In this document: piece after piece, positions 19,046 through 28,567 of the stretch | Position numbering within the stretch: position 1 is the stretch's first letter | How the letters are laid out: every line of letters starts with the position of its first letter | DNA from: Candidatus Latescibacterota bacterium | GTDB taxonomy: Bacteria > Latescibacterota > UBA2968 > UBA8231 | Direction of reading: 5' to 3' | NCBI GenBank assembly: GCA_963422735.1 | Contig: OY730476.1 | Span: 4,384,001 to 4,448,000, forward strand | Length of the DNA: 64,000 nt | The notes under the pieces: generated by a model | The model's input: only the letters and a program-made list of their open reading frames with translations | Databases searched by the model: none | What the model was told of the DNA's origin: nothing | Program-made: the position numbers and the translations under genes

Positions 19046-19597
19046 ATGCTAAGCCCCAACCCAGCCGTCAAGTTCACCTATGAGGACTACCAGCATACCC
19101 CGGAGGATAAGCGCTACGAGTTATTGGACGGAGAGCTGATTGTGGTCCCTGCGCCCAACCTAGAGCACCAGAGAATTGACGCTAGGCTAGGAGTACTACT
19201 CTACACATTCGTAGAGCAGAGAGGCTTGGGCGAGGTCTTTTTTGCGTCCTGCGATGTGGTGCTGTCGAACACGGACGTGGTACAGCCGGACCTACTGTTT
19301 GTCTCCAACGAGCGAGCGCACCTACTACTCGGCGGCGATAACGTCCTCGGTGCACCGGATTTGGTCGTCGAGATTTTGTCCCCGTCCACCGCTGGGCGAG
19401 ATCGGACGCTCAAACGCGCCCTGTACGCCAAGCACGGCGTGAAGGAGTACTGGCTGGTCGATCCAGACGCCCGGACGGTGACGGTTCTACGACTCGGCGG
19501 GAATGCCTTCGAGGTGGTAGCCATCTATGGCGAGGGACAAACGATGACCTCGCCCACGCTTACAGGTTTCGCCGTTGACTTAAACGCGATTTTCTAG
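19046..19597 (+). CDS. Uma2-family endonuclease
   Basis: RYELLDGEL, VVQPDL, PDLVVEILSPST and GVKEYWLVDP motifs. Confidence 0.95.
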   Translation: MLSPNPAVKFTYEDYQHTPEDKRYELLDGELIVVPAPNLEHQRIDARLGVLLYTFVEQRGLGEVFFASCDVVLSNTDVVQPDLLFVSNERAHLLLGGDNVLGAPDLVVEILSPSTAGRDRTLKRALYAKHGVKEYWLVDPDARTVTVLRLGGNAFEVVAIYGEGQTMTSPTLTGFAVDLNAIF

Positions 19598-19635
19598 AAT
19601 CCACCTCGTAAATGCTACCGACTGCATAGTAACAG

Positions 19636-19661
19636 CGAGCGACCACAAGGGTCGCCCCTAC
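19636..19661 (-). repeat. GTAG-type REP hairpin, copy 2
   Basis: Minus strand GTAGGGGCGACCCTTGTGGTCGCTCG. Confidence 0.75.
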
Positions 19662-19722
19662 AGGGCTTCAAATCCAGTTCATTAAACGCGGTACGGATTC
19701 TTTATTTAACAAGGAGCAACAC

Positions 19723-21330
19723 ATGCGTAGAGTAGATCAGATCGGCTGGCAAGCCCAGAGCAAAACCGGCGTCATTGCAGCCGGTGGTGCCAGTGCCGTA
19801 GCCGCCGGCATTGAAATCCTCGGCCAAGGCGGCAATGCGGCCGATGCCACAGCCGGTGCGATCCTCGCGCTCAACGTCACCGACCACGGGGCCTGCTCCA
19901 TCGGCGGAGAAGTGCCGGTGCTCATCTGGGACGGGCGCGCGGTCAAGTCGCTGTCCGGCCAGGGGCGTGCGCCGCTGTCGCCGGAAGCCATTGCTTGGTA
20001 CATGGAGCACGGCATCCCGGACCACGACATCAAGATGGCCCCGGTGCCCTCGGTCGTGGATTTGTGCATTACCCTCTTGCAGCACTACGGCACGCAGAGC
20101 TTTGCCGACATTGTCGCTCCGACCTTGGCCCTGCTCGACGAAGGCGAGGAGGCGTGGCACTCCCGCTTGGCGCGGACGCTGCGGCGCATGGTGGAGGAAG
20201 AACTTCGCGCCATCGGCGAGCGCGAGGAGAAGCTGCAAGCGGCCTGTGATCACTTCTATGGCCGCCGCGCCGAGCACGGCGATATAGCCGAGGACCTAGA
20301 GGCGTTCTACGTGGAGCAGGGCGGATTCTTGCGCCGCGCGGATCTGGCCGCCCATAAGACCTTGATCGAAGAGCCGGTGGCAGTCGATTACCAAGGCTAC
20401 CAAGTGTACAAGTGCGGCCCTTGGACCCAAGGCCCCTATCTGTGCCAAGCCCTGCGCCTGCTCGAAGGGTTTGATCTCAAAAGCATGGGGCATTGCTCGG
20501 CCGACTACGTCCACGCGGTCGTCGAAGCCATCAAGCTGGCTATGGCCGACCGCGACGCACACTACGGAGACCCCCTGTTCGCGGATGTGCCCATGGACGC
20601 CCTGCTGTCCGACGACTATACCCGGCTCCGGCAGCCTCTGATCGACATGGGCCAAGCTGCGCTGGACGCTCGCCCCGGCGACCCGCTCGGCATGAAGGCA
20701 GCGCAGGAGAGAGGCGCGTTCCGGCCCGGAGTCGGCGGCACGACCACATGCGTAGTGGCCGATCGCTGGGGCATGGTCGTATCAGCTACGCCGAGCGCGA
20801 ATGTCTATCACGCCGGCGGCAGCGGCCGCACGGGCGTCTCCTATGGCAACCGCCTGCGCAGCCTCAACACGACTCCCGGACACCCCAACTGCATCGCGCC
20901 GGGCAAGCGGCCCCGCATCACCCTGACCCCCACGCTGGTGCTCAAAGACGGCGCACCCGTGTTGGCCATCAGCGTGGCCGGCGGCGACCTCCAAGACCAA
21001 GCGGCCTTGAACCTTTTGCTCGATTTTGTAGAGTTTGGGATGCGGCCGGCCGAAGCGGTCGTTGCGCCGCGCTTTGCCACCGCCCACCACGAGGACTCGT
21101 TTGACCCCAACCCGGTGCGCGAGCAGACGTTCATCGAGGCCGGCTCGCTGGCCATCAGCTCGGCTGTCGATGGGCAGGTCCGAGACGAACTGGCGCAGCG
21201 TGGGCACCAAATCGAGGTCCGCAACGGCCCCATCGCCACTCCGGTCATGCTGTGGGCCGACGCAGGCACGTACTACGCGGCTGGCGACCCGGCTGCGGGC
21301 CGCCATGCCGCTGGGCTAGATGGGGACTAG
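19723..21330 (+). CDS. ggt: Gamma-glutamyltransferase family protein
   Basis: GGNAADA, SIGGE, PWTQG, autocleavage Thr in GGTTTCVVAD, PGKRPRITLTP and GGDLQ motifs. Confidence 0.9.
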   Translation: MRRVDQIGWQAQSKTGVIAAGGASAVAAGIEILGQGGNAADATAGAILALNVTDHGACSIGGEVPVLIWDGRAVKSLSGQGRAPLSPEAIAWYMEHGIPDHDIKMAPVPSVVDLCITLLQHYGTQSFADIVAPTLALLDEGEEAWHSRLARTLRRMVEEELRAIGEREEKLQAACDHFYGRRAEHGDIAEDLEAFYVEQGGFLRRADLAAHKTLIEEPVAVDYQGYQVYKCGPWTQGPYLCQALRLLEGFDLKSMGHCSADYVHAVVEAIKLAMADRDAHYGDPLFADVPMDALLSDDYTRLRQPLIDMGQAALDARPGDPLGMKAAQERGAFRPGVGGTTTCVVADRWGMVVSATPSANVYHAGGSGRTGVSYGNRLRSLNTTPGHPNCIAPGKRPRITLTPTLVLKDGAPVLAISVAGGDLQDQAALNLLLDFVEFGMRPAEAVVAPRFATAHHEDSFDPNPVREQTFIEAGSLAISSAVDGQVRDELAQRGHQIEVRNGPIATPVMLWADAGTYYAAGDPAAGRHAAGLDGD

Positions 21331-21414
21331 GCGGCAGGATTGCGGCTGCGGTGTCTTGGAACCATATTGTCCGCTTTGAATCCCGATAAAATCGCCTCTG
21401 AAGCTGGCTTTTTT

Positions 21415-23415
21415 ATGACGTCGCCTATTGCGGCCCCCCCTACATATCGAGAAGAGCATCCTCGCCAAGGCGCGGCCAGCGGCCTCACGCTCCGCTCCTT
21501 AGTGCTCGGCGTCATCCAAGTCCTCATCGTGTGTTTGGGCGCCCCCTACGCTATATGGGTCTTGGGGTCGTCCGAAATCACCTGGTCGTTTTTTCCGATT
21601 GCCGTTGGCTTCTCGTTCTGCTGCCTCATCCTGCTCAACATCCTGCTCAAGACGATCAACCCCGGCTGGGCCTTGCGGCCGGCCGAGATGATCACGGTCG
21701 TCGTTATGGGCTTGGTGACGACTGGCATTCCCATCTTTACGATGGGCTACGTGCTGTCGATCCCGACTACGCCCTATTACTTTGCCTCGGCTGAAAACCA
21801 GTGGGGCACGTACGTGCTGCCCTACCTGCCGGCGTGGCTGTTGCCTTCTAACGACGGCTTGGCCATGACTTGGTTCTTCGAGGGGCTACCCCTCGGTGAG
21901 CCGATGCCTTGGGGCACCCTGCTCGATGCGTGGGTCATGCCGCTGTTTTGGTGGCTGAGCTTTATATGGACCTTGTACGCGGTCTGTTTTTGTATAGTCG
22001 TCATATTGCGCAAGCAGTGGGTCGAACGCGAGCGGCTGGCCTATCCGCTGATGGAAGTGCCGCAAGCGCTCGTGGCGGACGCCGATGGCCCTGCGCGGGT
22101 GCCGGCTGTCTTGCGCAACAAGGTCTTTTGGATGGGGGCGGCGATCCCTTTGTGCATCGTCTTGTGGAACATCGTCGGCTTTTTCTTTCACTTCTTTCCC
22201 AAGATCGAATGGCACCATCCCATCCAGATCGCGCACGGCTTTCCCACGATCAACATCCGCTTCTACTTCCCGGTCGTCGGCTTCATGTATTTCGCCAACC
22301 TCAACGTAACCTTCAGCATCTGGTTTTTCTTTTTGCTGCTGCTGGTCGAAGAGGGCCTGTTTAATCGCTTTGGCATTGGCGTGACCGAAGCGGACAACTT
22401 CGTGTGGGGCCTGCCATCGACCTCTTGGCAGTGCTGGGGGGCTTTTGTGGTGCTGGTGTTGTGGGGGCTGTGGATGGCGCGCGATCATCTCAAAGATGTG
22501 GCGCGCAAGGCGTGGAATCCCGCCTATCCGGTTGATGACCGCCGCGAGCTGATATCCTATCGCAGCGCGGTCGTCGGCCTGTTGGTCGGGGTCGTCTATA
22601 TGCTGGCGTGGCTCAACAAGGCCGGCATGGAAATGCCGGTGGCGGCGTTTTTCTTGGGCGGCGTACTCATCGCCTACTTGGGCATCACCCGCTTGGTAGT
22701 GCAGGCCGGCGTCTTTTACCTGACGACGCCCGTGGTCAGCCAAGCCATGACTATGATGACCCTTGGCACGAGTGCGATTTCGCCGACTGGCTTGGCGGCC
22801 TTGGGGATGAGTTATGGGTTCTTCAGCGATGTGCAGTCGATTTTCATGCCGTCGGCTGCCCATGCCTCCCGGCTGCACGACGCCATGGGCATGAGCCGTC
22901 GCGGCCTGTGCTTGGCCATTGCGCTGGCCCTATTGGTCGGCTTTGTCGCCGCCATTGTGTACGTCATTGCCATGGCCTACGAGCAGGGGGCCTCCAACTT
23001 CAACTCCTGGTTTTTTCGCGTCTCCTCGGGCGCGGGGGTGCGCTCCTTTGACGACGCAATGAGCAAAATCAAAACCCCGGCCGATTTCCACGCGCAAAAG
23101 TTAGGCTTTTTCGGCATTGGCGCGGCGGCGATGGCGGTTTTGACGTTTATGCAGTATCGCTTCCCGTGGTGGCCCCTGCATCCGGTGGGCTTGGCCATCT
23201 CCGCCGTCTGGATGGTGCGCAATCAAGCGGCGGCGATCTTTGTAGCATGGGCGGCCAAGAGCCTGATCATGCGCTTTGGCGGCATCGAGCTATACCGCAA
23301 GGCCGCGCCGTTTTTCATCGGCCTGATTCTCGGGCACTTCTTCGGGGTGGGGATCTCGTTTATCGTCGATATGATTTTCTTCCCCGGCAACGGCCACCCC
23401 ATCCTCCACGGCTGA
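21415..23415 (+). CDS. DUF6785/DUF6784-type polytopic membrane protein (putative transporter)
   Basis: Many hydrophobic segments; LRKQWVERERLAYP, RLVVQAG, WWPLHPVG and PFFIGLILG family motifs. Confidence 0.82.
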   Translation: MTSPIAAPPTYREEHPRQGAASGLTLRSLVLGVIQVLIVCLGAPYAIWVLGSSEITWSFFPIAVGFSFCCLILLNILLKTINPGWALRPAEMITVVVMGLVTTGIPIFTMGYVLSIPTTPYYFASAENQWGTYVLPYLPAWLLPSNDGLAMTWFFEGLPLGEPMPWGTLLDAWVMPLFWWLSFIWTLYAVCFCIVVILRKQWVERERLAYPLMEVPQALVADADGPARVPAVLRNKVFWMGAAIPLCIVLWNIVGFFFHFFPKIEWHHPIQIAHGFPTINIRFYFPVVGFMYFANLNVTFSIWFFFLLLLVEEGLFNRFGIGVTEADNFVWGLPSTSWQCWGAFVVLVLWGLWMARDHLKDVARKAWNPAYPVDDRRELISYRSAVVGLLVGVVYMLAWLNKAGMEMPVAAFFLGGVLIAYLGITRLVVQAGVFYLTTPVVSQAMTMMTLGTSAISPTGLAALGMSYGFFSDVQSIFMPSAAHASRLHDAMGMSRRGLCLAIALALLVGFVAAIVYVIAMAYEQGASNFNSWFFRVSSGAGVRSFDDAMSKIKTPADFHAQKLGFFGIGAAAMAVLTFMQYRFPWWPLHPVGLAISAVWMVRNQAAAIFVAWAAKSLIMRFGGIELYRKAAPFFIGLILGHFFGVGISFIVDMIFFPGNGHPILHG

Positions 23416-23456
23416 GGATTTTGGATTTAATGGGTTAATTTTTTAGATTCTACACT

Positions 23457-23831
23457 ATGACCACAGAGACAACCAAAAAGACCGACCAAACGCTCGAACT
23501 CGTCGTAGAGACCCTCGTCTGCGCACACCCCTTCGAGCAGATCGTTCTATTCGGCTCCCATGCTACGGGTCATAGCCAATGGGACAGTGATTTGGACTTA
23601 CTCGTAGTCTGGCAGACGAATTTGCCTCCGTTGGAGCGCGCCCTTGAAACGCGTCGCCTGCTCGAAGGCATTGACTGTCCCTTGGATATTGTCGTGTACA
23701 CACCCGCCGAATTGGACTATTGGAAAGAAGTTCCGTCTTCGTTTGCGTACCAAGTACTGGCCGAGGGCACCACCTTATATGAGCGAATCTCCGCAAAAAA
23801 TCCTAGTGGGGCAGTGGATCAGCCGGGCTGA
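23457..23831 (+). CDS. Minimal nucleotidyltransferase (MNT) antitoxin
   Basis: IVLFGSHATG..DSDLDLLVV and LDIVVYTP motifs. Confidence 0.88.
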   Translation: MTTETTKKTDQTLELVVETLVCAHPFEQIVLFGSHATGHSQWDSDLDLLVVWQTNLPPLERALETRRLLEGIDCPLDIVVYTPAELDYWKEVPSSFAYQVLAEGTTLYERISAKNPSGAVDQPG

Positions 23832-24160
23832 AAATGACCTGTTAAACGTCAGGAATAATCTGGTGGCCCAAGAAATACCTTGGGATACGATCTGTTTCCA
23901 CAGTCAACAGGCGGCCGAAAAGTACCTCAAAGCCGTTTTGGTGTTCTATGCTCAGCCGGTCCCTCGCACCCACGATCTAGAACATCTGCTGGGCATGGTC
24001 GTCCAGTGGATTCCCCAAGTCCAAGAGCAACGGGAGGCGTTGCGCTGTTGCCAGCCGTTACCTAGTCGAGACGGTCGAAATTGTGGATGAGCCTCAAGGT
24101 CGGCGTTCACTGGATATTGCCCAAGCCATTCGCCGGGATTGCCGCGCCTACCTGATGAAG
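23779..24160 (+). pseudogene. HEPN-domain toxin, frameshifted
   Basis: FHSQQAAEKYLKA..PRTHDL; the expected continuation AVASRY..RRSLDIAQAIR lies in another frame after about 24045; 3' boundary approximate. Confidence 0.78.
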
Positions 24161-24201
24161 TTGGAGCCAACGCTTTTTGACCAATCGACTGCTTCTGATG
24201 C

Positions 24202-24315
24202 GCCGCGCCCTTCTTCATCGGCCCGATTGCCGGCTACTTCCTCGGCGTTGGCCTTTCCTTCCTCGTGGATGTAGCGTTTTTCCCCGGCAACGGCCATCCC
24301 ATCTTGCACGGCTGA
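24202..24315 (+). pseudogene. Orphan diverged copy of the last 37 codons plus stop of the DUF6785 gene
   Basis: AAPFFIGPIAGYFLGVGLSFLVDVAFFPGNGHPILHG* vs 23302..23415 AAPFFIGLILGHFFGVGISFIVDMIFFPGNGHPILHG* (29/37 aa identical, no gaps). Confidence 0.9.
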
Positions 24316-24316
24316 T

Positions 24317-25573
24317 TTACAGCAAATCGTACGGGATGACGAGTATCTCGTCGCGTAGCTGAAAAACCTCTTCTACGGGGGCAATTATAATTCCAGGTCC
24401 GTGGCGCAGAGTTGGATACGTCTCCCGGAAGGCCATAATGCCCCGCGCATCTGCTTTGGTAATGCGTGTGCCGCTTCTGATTTTCACCGGCCAGAAAATC
24501 CCATCTCGCTCCAGCAACAAATCGGCTTCGGCACCAGCGAGGGTGCGCCAGTGATAAACTTGGGGCGGCATGGTCAAGCAGTGGAATTTCCGGTGAATAT
24601 CCAGTACTACATGCGTCTCGAAAAGCGGCCCTAGCAGGGGATGGCCAGAGAGGGCTTCGGGCGAGGAAATTCTCTGGAGGAAGGCGGCTAACCCTGTGTC
24701 GGTCAGATATCCTTTGGGTTTGCCGCTGATCCGTTTGATTGTGTTGCCGTGGTAGGGCGGTAGTTCTAGCCATTGGTAGGTCGCCTTGAGGATATTCAGC
24801 CAGCGCGAGGCCGTCTGCGGGGTGACGCCGATTTCGCGGCCTAACTGACTGTGATTGATCTCCCGCGCCGTCAACGCAGCGCACAGGCTCAGCAGGCGCA
24901 AGAATTGTTGCTGGTCCTGCACGCTGGCTAGGCTTCGCACATCGCGCTCAATATAGGTACGCACGTACGATTGCATGATGCTGATAATAACATCCGGCGA
25001 TTGGTCCAGCGTCCGGGGATAGCCGCCGCGCCACAGCACCTCAAATGCGGTCCGCAGCGGTGCGATGTGCGGTACCCTCGCTTGGTGGTGCAAGTCCGGC
25101 AGCGCACCACCGGCCTGTAGTAAAAGCTCTAACCACACGGGTTCGGCTCGGGATCCCCACCCTTGGCGCTCACTCAGGGTCAAAGGGCCTAAATCGAGCA
25201 CGACGGCCCGGCCCGCAAGGCTCTCGCTTACATCGCGGAGCAGTGCTAGGTTTTGCGAACCGGTCAGAAAATACTGTCCGGGTGCATCGTTGCGATCGAC
25301 GCGGCGCTTGATAATTGCCAGCAGTTCGGGCGCGTACTGGATCTCGTCGAGAATAATAGGGGGCGGGTGCTGGTTGATAAAAAACTCCGGATCCTGACGG
25401 GCGTTGCCGACATCAATCACCGGGTCAAAGGTGATATGTGGCATGAGGGCACCGCACAGATGACCAAGCAGCGTACTCTTGCCAACTTGGCGAGCACCGG
25501 TCACTAGCAGGACGGGAAAAATTTCTTTATAGCGAAGAATTTTGGTCTCTAAGTGACGATTTCTGTAATTCAT
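24317..25573 (-). CDS. ATP-binding protein, AAA_14 + DUF4143 type
   Basis: GARQVGKST, ILDEIQYAP, LTGSQ, ESLAGR, RGGYP, TYIERDV and KGYLTDTG motifs. Confidence 0.92.
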   Translation of the reverse strand: MNYRNRHLETKILRYKEIFPVLLVTGARQVGKSTLLGHLCGALMPHITFDPVIDVGNARQDPEFFINQHPPPIILDEIQYAPELLAIIKRRVDRNDAPGQYFLTGSQNLALLRDVSESLAGRAVVLDLGPLTLSERQGWGSRAEPVWLELLLQAGGALPDLHHQARVPHIAPLRTAFEVLWRGGYPRTLDQSPDVIISIMQSYVRTYIERDVRSLASVQDQQQFLRLLSLCAALTAREINHSQLGREIGVTPQTASRWLNILKATYQWLELPPYHGNTIKRISGKPKGYLTDTGLAAFLQRISSPEALSGHPLLGPLFETHVVLDIHRKFHCLTMPPQVYHWRTLAGAEADLLLERDGIFWPVKIRSGTRITKADARGIMAFRETYPTLRHGPGIIIAPVEEVFQLRDEILVIPYDLL

Positions 25574-25714
25574 GCTTGTAAATTAATGATGTGATCATCA
25601 TTTTACAAGCTCGGTAGCCCCTTCGGCTTCCGCTTGGCTCGCCCACTTCACGGCCATAAGGCGGATGCGCGGAAGGATCGTTTGCTGAAGCTGCCAGCGG
25701 TACCATACTTATGC

Positions 25715-25767
25715 ACGGGTAACAATTATCATTGACGACGGTGTTAAAGAGGTAGTAATGCCGGAAA
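25715..25767 (+). promoter_or_regulatory. Putative promoter block, copy 1 (upstream of CotH gene)
   Basis: ACGGGTAAC-N16-GGTGTTAAAG-N10-GCCGGAAA; same blocks recur at 28484..28533. Confidence 0.6.
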
Positions 25768-25803
25768 AGACCAAGCCTCCAGAAGTCTAGGGACAACAAG
25801 CAG

Positions 25804-28473
25804 ATGAAAAACTACCGGCGCTTAATTGCGATCGCGGCGTTCCTTTTGGCCGTGCGCCCAACCTTTGGACAAGCCCCCCATCCCAGCGACCCCTACTTCG
25901 CCCTCGACCGCGTGCTCGATGTGGCCATTGAGATGGCACCCGAAGATTGGGACCGCCTGCGCGCCCAGACGCGAACCTTCGCGGATATACTCGGCGGAGC
26001 CGACTGCCTCGACAGCCCCCCGGATGACATCTTCTCTTGGTTTGAGGCGACCGTGACTGTGGATGGCGAAACCCTTGTGCAAGTCGGCGTCCGCAAGAAA
26101 GGGTTCTTAGGATCGCTGAGTAAGGTCAAACCCGCGCTCAAGGTCCGCTTTGACAAGTTTATCGACGGTCAGCTCCTCGGCGGCGCGATGAAACGCCTGA
26201 CGCTGAACAATGCCCAGCAAGACCCATCCATGCTCAATACCTGCATGGCCTACCACATCTTCACCGCCGCCGGCCTGCCAGCGCCGCGCTGCAACTTTGC
26301 TACCGTTGCGGTAAACGGCGAGAACCTGGGCTTGTACGTACACGTCGAGAGCATGAAAACCGCCTTTTTAGAGCGAAATTTCTCCGATCCAAGCGGCAAT
26401 CTCTACGAAGGTACCGTCAGCGACTTCCGCCCCAAGTGGCGCGGCACTTGGCAGAAGAAAACCAACGAGGCGGAGGCAGACTGGTCGGATATCGACGCGG
26501 TCGTCTCCGCGCTGCAAAATTCTTCCCCGGCCGGCCTCGAAGCCCTCGCCGACGCCATTGACCTCGACCACTTCCTCACCTTCTGGGCCGTCGAAGTGCT
26601 CATCGGGCACTGGGATGGGTACGCTGGCAACCGCAATAACTTCTACGTTTACCGCGAGCCGGATGCGCCTTTTGTGTTCATGCCTTGGGGCGCAGATCAA
26701 GTTTTCACCTCGACCGATGGTCCGTTCGACGATTTTGAGTCGCCGCCTGCGGTCATGGCGCACGGGGCCATCGCCCACCGTTTGTACCGCGACGACGCGA
26801 TGCGAGCCGTTTATGTAAGCCGCCTCAAGCAACTGCTCGACGCGGTGTGGAACGAAGAAGAGTTACTCAACCTCGCAGACGAGATGGCGGCGATTGTTCA
26901 GCAGCACACGCTGGCCAAAAGGCGCGCCCATGCCGCTCGCGACGCAGACCGGGTGCGCCGGTTCATCCGCGGGCGGCGGGCGGTGATTTTGGCCGATCTC
27001 GACCCAGAGCCGCCCGCTTGGCCTTGGCCGCTGACCGCGGCCGACATCTGCTGGCCGGAAAGGGGCGCGTTTGAGCTGCGCTTTGAGACGACATGGGGGT
27101 CGAGCGCCAGCGAGAATCCGCTGGGGGAAGGGACGGTCTCGTTCACCCATTATCAGCTCGACGGCAAAGAGCAGCGCTTCGAGCGCTCGGGTGCCACCGC
27201 TGGCTTTGAAGAAGGCGACGCCCAAGAAGAGGAAGGCTGGGATGGAACCTTGGGTGCGCTCGACGCCAACGGCAACGGCGTTTTCGACCAAGAGGACTAC
27301 GATGCAGCCATCGCGCTAGGCATCGAGGAGCTTCCGCCGTGGGAGGTGATTCTGGCCTTTGATCTCAATGGCGACGGAGCCATAGACCGGGGCGAGTTTG
27401 AGGACGCGGAGGAAGGCGAGGCCGAGGAAGGAGAAAGCTGGGATGAAGCGCGTGCGTCCATCTCTATCGTCAGCCTCGGTCAGGACGCAGCCATAGACAT
27501 ACTCACGGCTACGCTGCCGATTGACCGAGTAGCGAGCGGTGTCAGCCTAGCCATCGACATGGATGCGGTCAGTGGCTACCACTTGTTGTTGTCGGCCCCC
27601 GGTCCCCCGGAGCAGTTTGACCTAATCGGCAAGGGAGGGATTGAGTTCGACGAGGCCAGCACAGAACCGGGCGCAAGGGTTGCGGGCCGGTTCTACGGCA
27701 CTTTGTTCAGCCTTGAAGGAGAGACTTCGGCCGAAGCAAGCGACGACAGAGCGGCGACAGACACTGGACTGATTATCAACGAGGTCGCCGCCCAGGGCGA
27801 TCCGCTCGATTGGTTTGAACTATACAATGCCTCGCATGAGCCGATAGAGCTTGCAGACTTGGTGATGGCCGACGATCTGACGGACGAGAGTAAGCGCACT
27901 CCCTTCCCGTCCGGCACGGTCATTGAGGCGGGGGCCTATCTACAGGTTCAGCTAGATAAAGATGGGTGGCCCGGCTTTGCCCTCGGCCGCGACGAAGAGC
28001 TGGGCATCTGGACGGCAGATGGCGCACTAGTTGCTAGCGTCAATTGGGAAAAAGGCCAGGCCGACGAGGGAATGAGTTGGGCGCGTCTGCCTGACATTAC
28101 GGGCGACTTTCAGACCGTAAATACTCCTACACCGGGTGCTCGGAATGATATCCAGACGGCTATTGCCGAGCAGACCGCAGGAGTGCCCGAGGCGTTTGGG
28201 TTGCACGGCAACTGGCCCAATCCGTTCAACGCCAATACGGTCATTGCCTTTGACGTGCCAAGGACCATACCTGTGCATCTGGTGGTGTACGACGTGCTCG
28301 GACGCCGCGTCCGCATTCTGCACAGCGGAGAGACGCTGACGGCCGGCCACTATCGCACTCCTTGGAATGGCCGCGACGACGAGGGTCGGCCGGCTGCCAG
28401 CGGCGTCTATCTGTACCGACTCACCGCCGGGGAGGACTTTGCTATGGTGGGGCGGATGGCCTTGATCCGCTAG
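25804..28473 (+). CDS. Secreted CotH-family kinase with EF-hand pair, lamin-tail-like domain and FlgD-type C-terminus
   Basis: VGVRKKG, LTLNN, GLYVHVE, GNLYEG, HWDGY..NNFY, PWGAD (CotH); DANGNGVFD and DLNGDGAID (EF-hand); IINEV..DWFELYN..TPGARN (LTD); NWPNPFN..WNGRD..ASGVYLY. Confidence 0.88.
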   Translation: MKNYRRLIAIAAFLLAVRPTFGQAPHPSDPYFALDRVLDVAIEMAPEDWDRLRAQTRTFADILGGADCLDSPPDDIFSWFEATVTVDGETLVQVGVRKKGFLGSLSKVKPALKVRFDKFIDGQLLGGAMKRLTLNNAQQDPSMLNTCMAYHIFTAAGLPAPRCNFATVAVNGENLGLYVHVESMKTAFLERNFSDPSGNLYEGTVSDFRPKWRGTWQKKTNEAEADWSDIDAVVSALQNSSPAGLEALADAIDLDHFLTFWAVEVLIGHWDGYAGNRNNFYVYREPDAPFVFMPWGADQVFTSTDGPFDDFESPPAVMAHGAIAHRLYRDDAMRAVYVSRLKQLLDAVWNEEELLNLADEMAAIVQQHTLAKRRAHAARDADRVRRFIRGRRAVILADLDPEPPAWPWPLTAADICWPERGAFELRFETTWGSSASENPLGEGTVSFTHYQLDGKEQRFERSGATAGFEEGDAQEEEGWDGTLGALDANGNGVFDQEDYDAAIALGIEELPPWEVILAFDLNGDGAIDRGEFEDAEEGEAEEGESWDEARASISIVSLGQDAAIDILTATLPIDRVASGVSLAIDMDAVSGYHLLLSAPGPPEQFDLIGKGGIEFDEASTEPGARVAGRFYGTLFSLEGETSAEASDDRAATDTGLIINEVAAQGDPLDWFELYNASHEPIELADLVMADDLTDESKRTPFPSGTVIEAGAYLQVQLDKDGWPGFALGRDEELGIWTADGALVASVNWEKGQADEGMSWARLPDITGDFQTVNTPTPGARNDIQTAIAEQTAGVPEAFGLHGNWPNPFNANTVIAFDVPRTIPVHLVVYDVLGRRVRILHSGETLTAGHYRTPWNGRDDEGRPAASGVYLYRLTAGEDFAMVGRMALIR

Positions 28474-28483
28474 CCGATTTTGT

Positions 28484-28533
28484 ACGGGTAACGCTTATAA
28501 CTGGCAAGGTGTTAAAGTAAGCGACGCCGGAAA
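28484..28533 (+). promoter_or_regulatory. Putative promoter block, copy 2 (upstream of TonB-dependent receptor)
   Basis: ACGGGTAAC-N15-GGTGTTAAAG-N8-GCCGGAAA. Confidence 0.6.
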
Positions 28534-28567
28534 GAGTACGGGGACGGACCACTGACTCCGAGGGAAC

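Noticed and set aside
25600-25700. Possible hairpin element (CTTCCGC/GCGGAAG) upstream of the DUF4143 ATPase
   Set aside because: A single 7-bp stem in GC-rich DNA with no second copy in the window; chance is likely.
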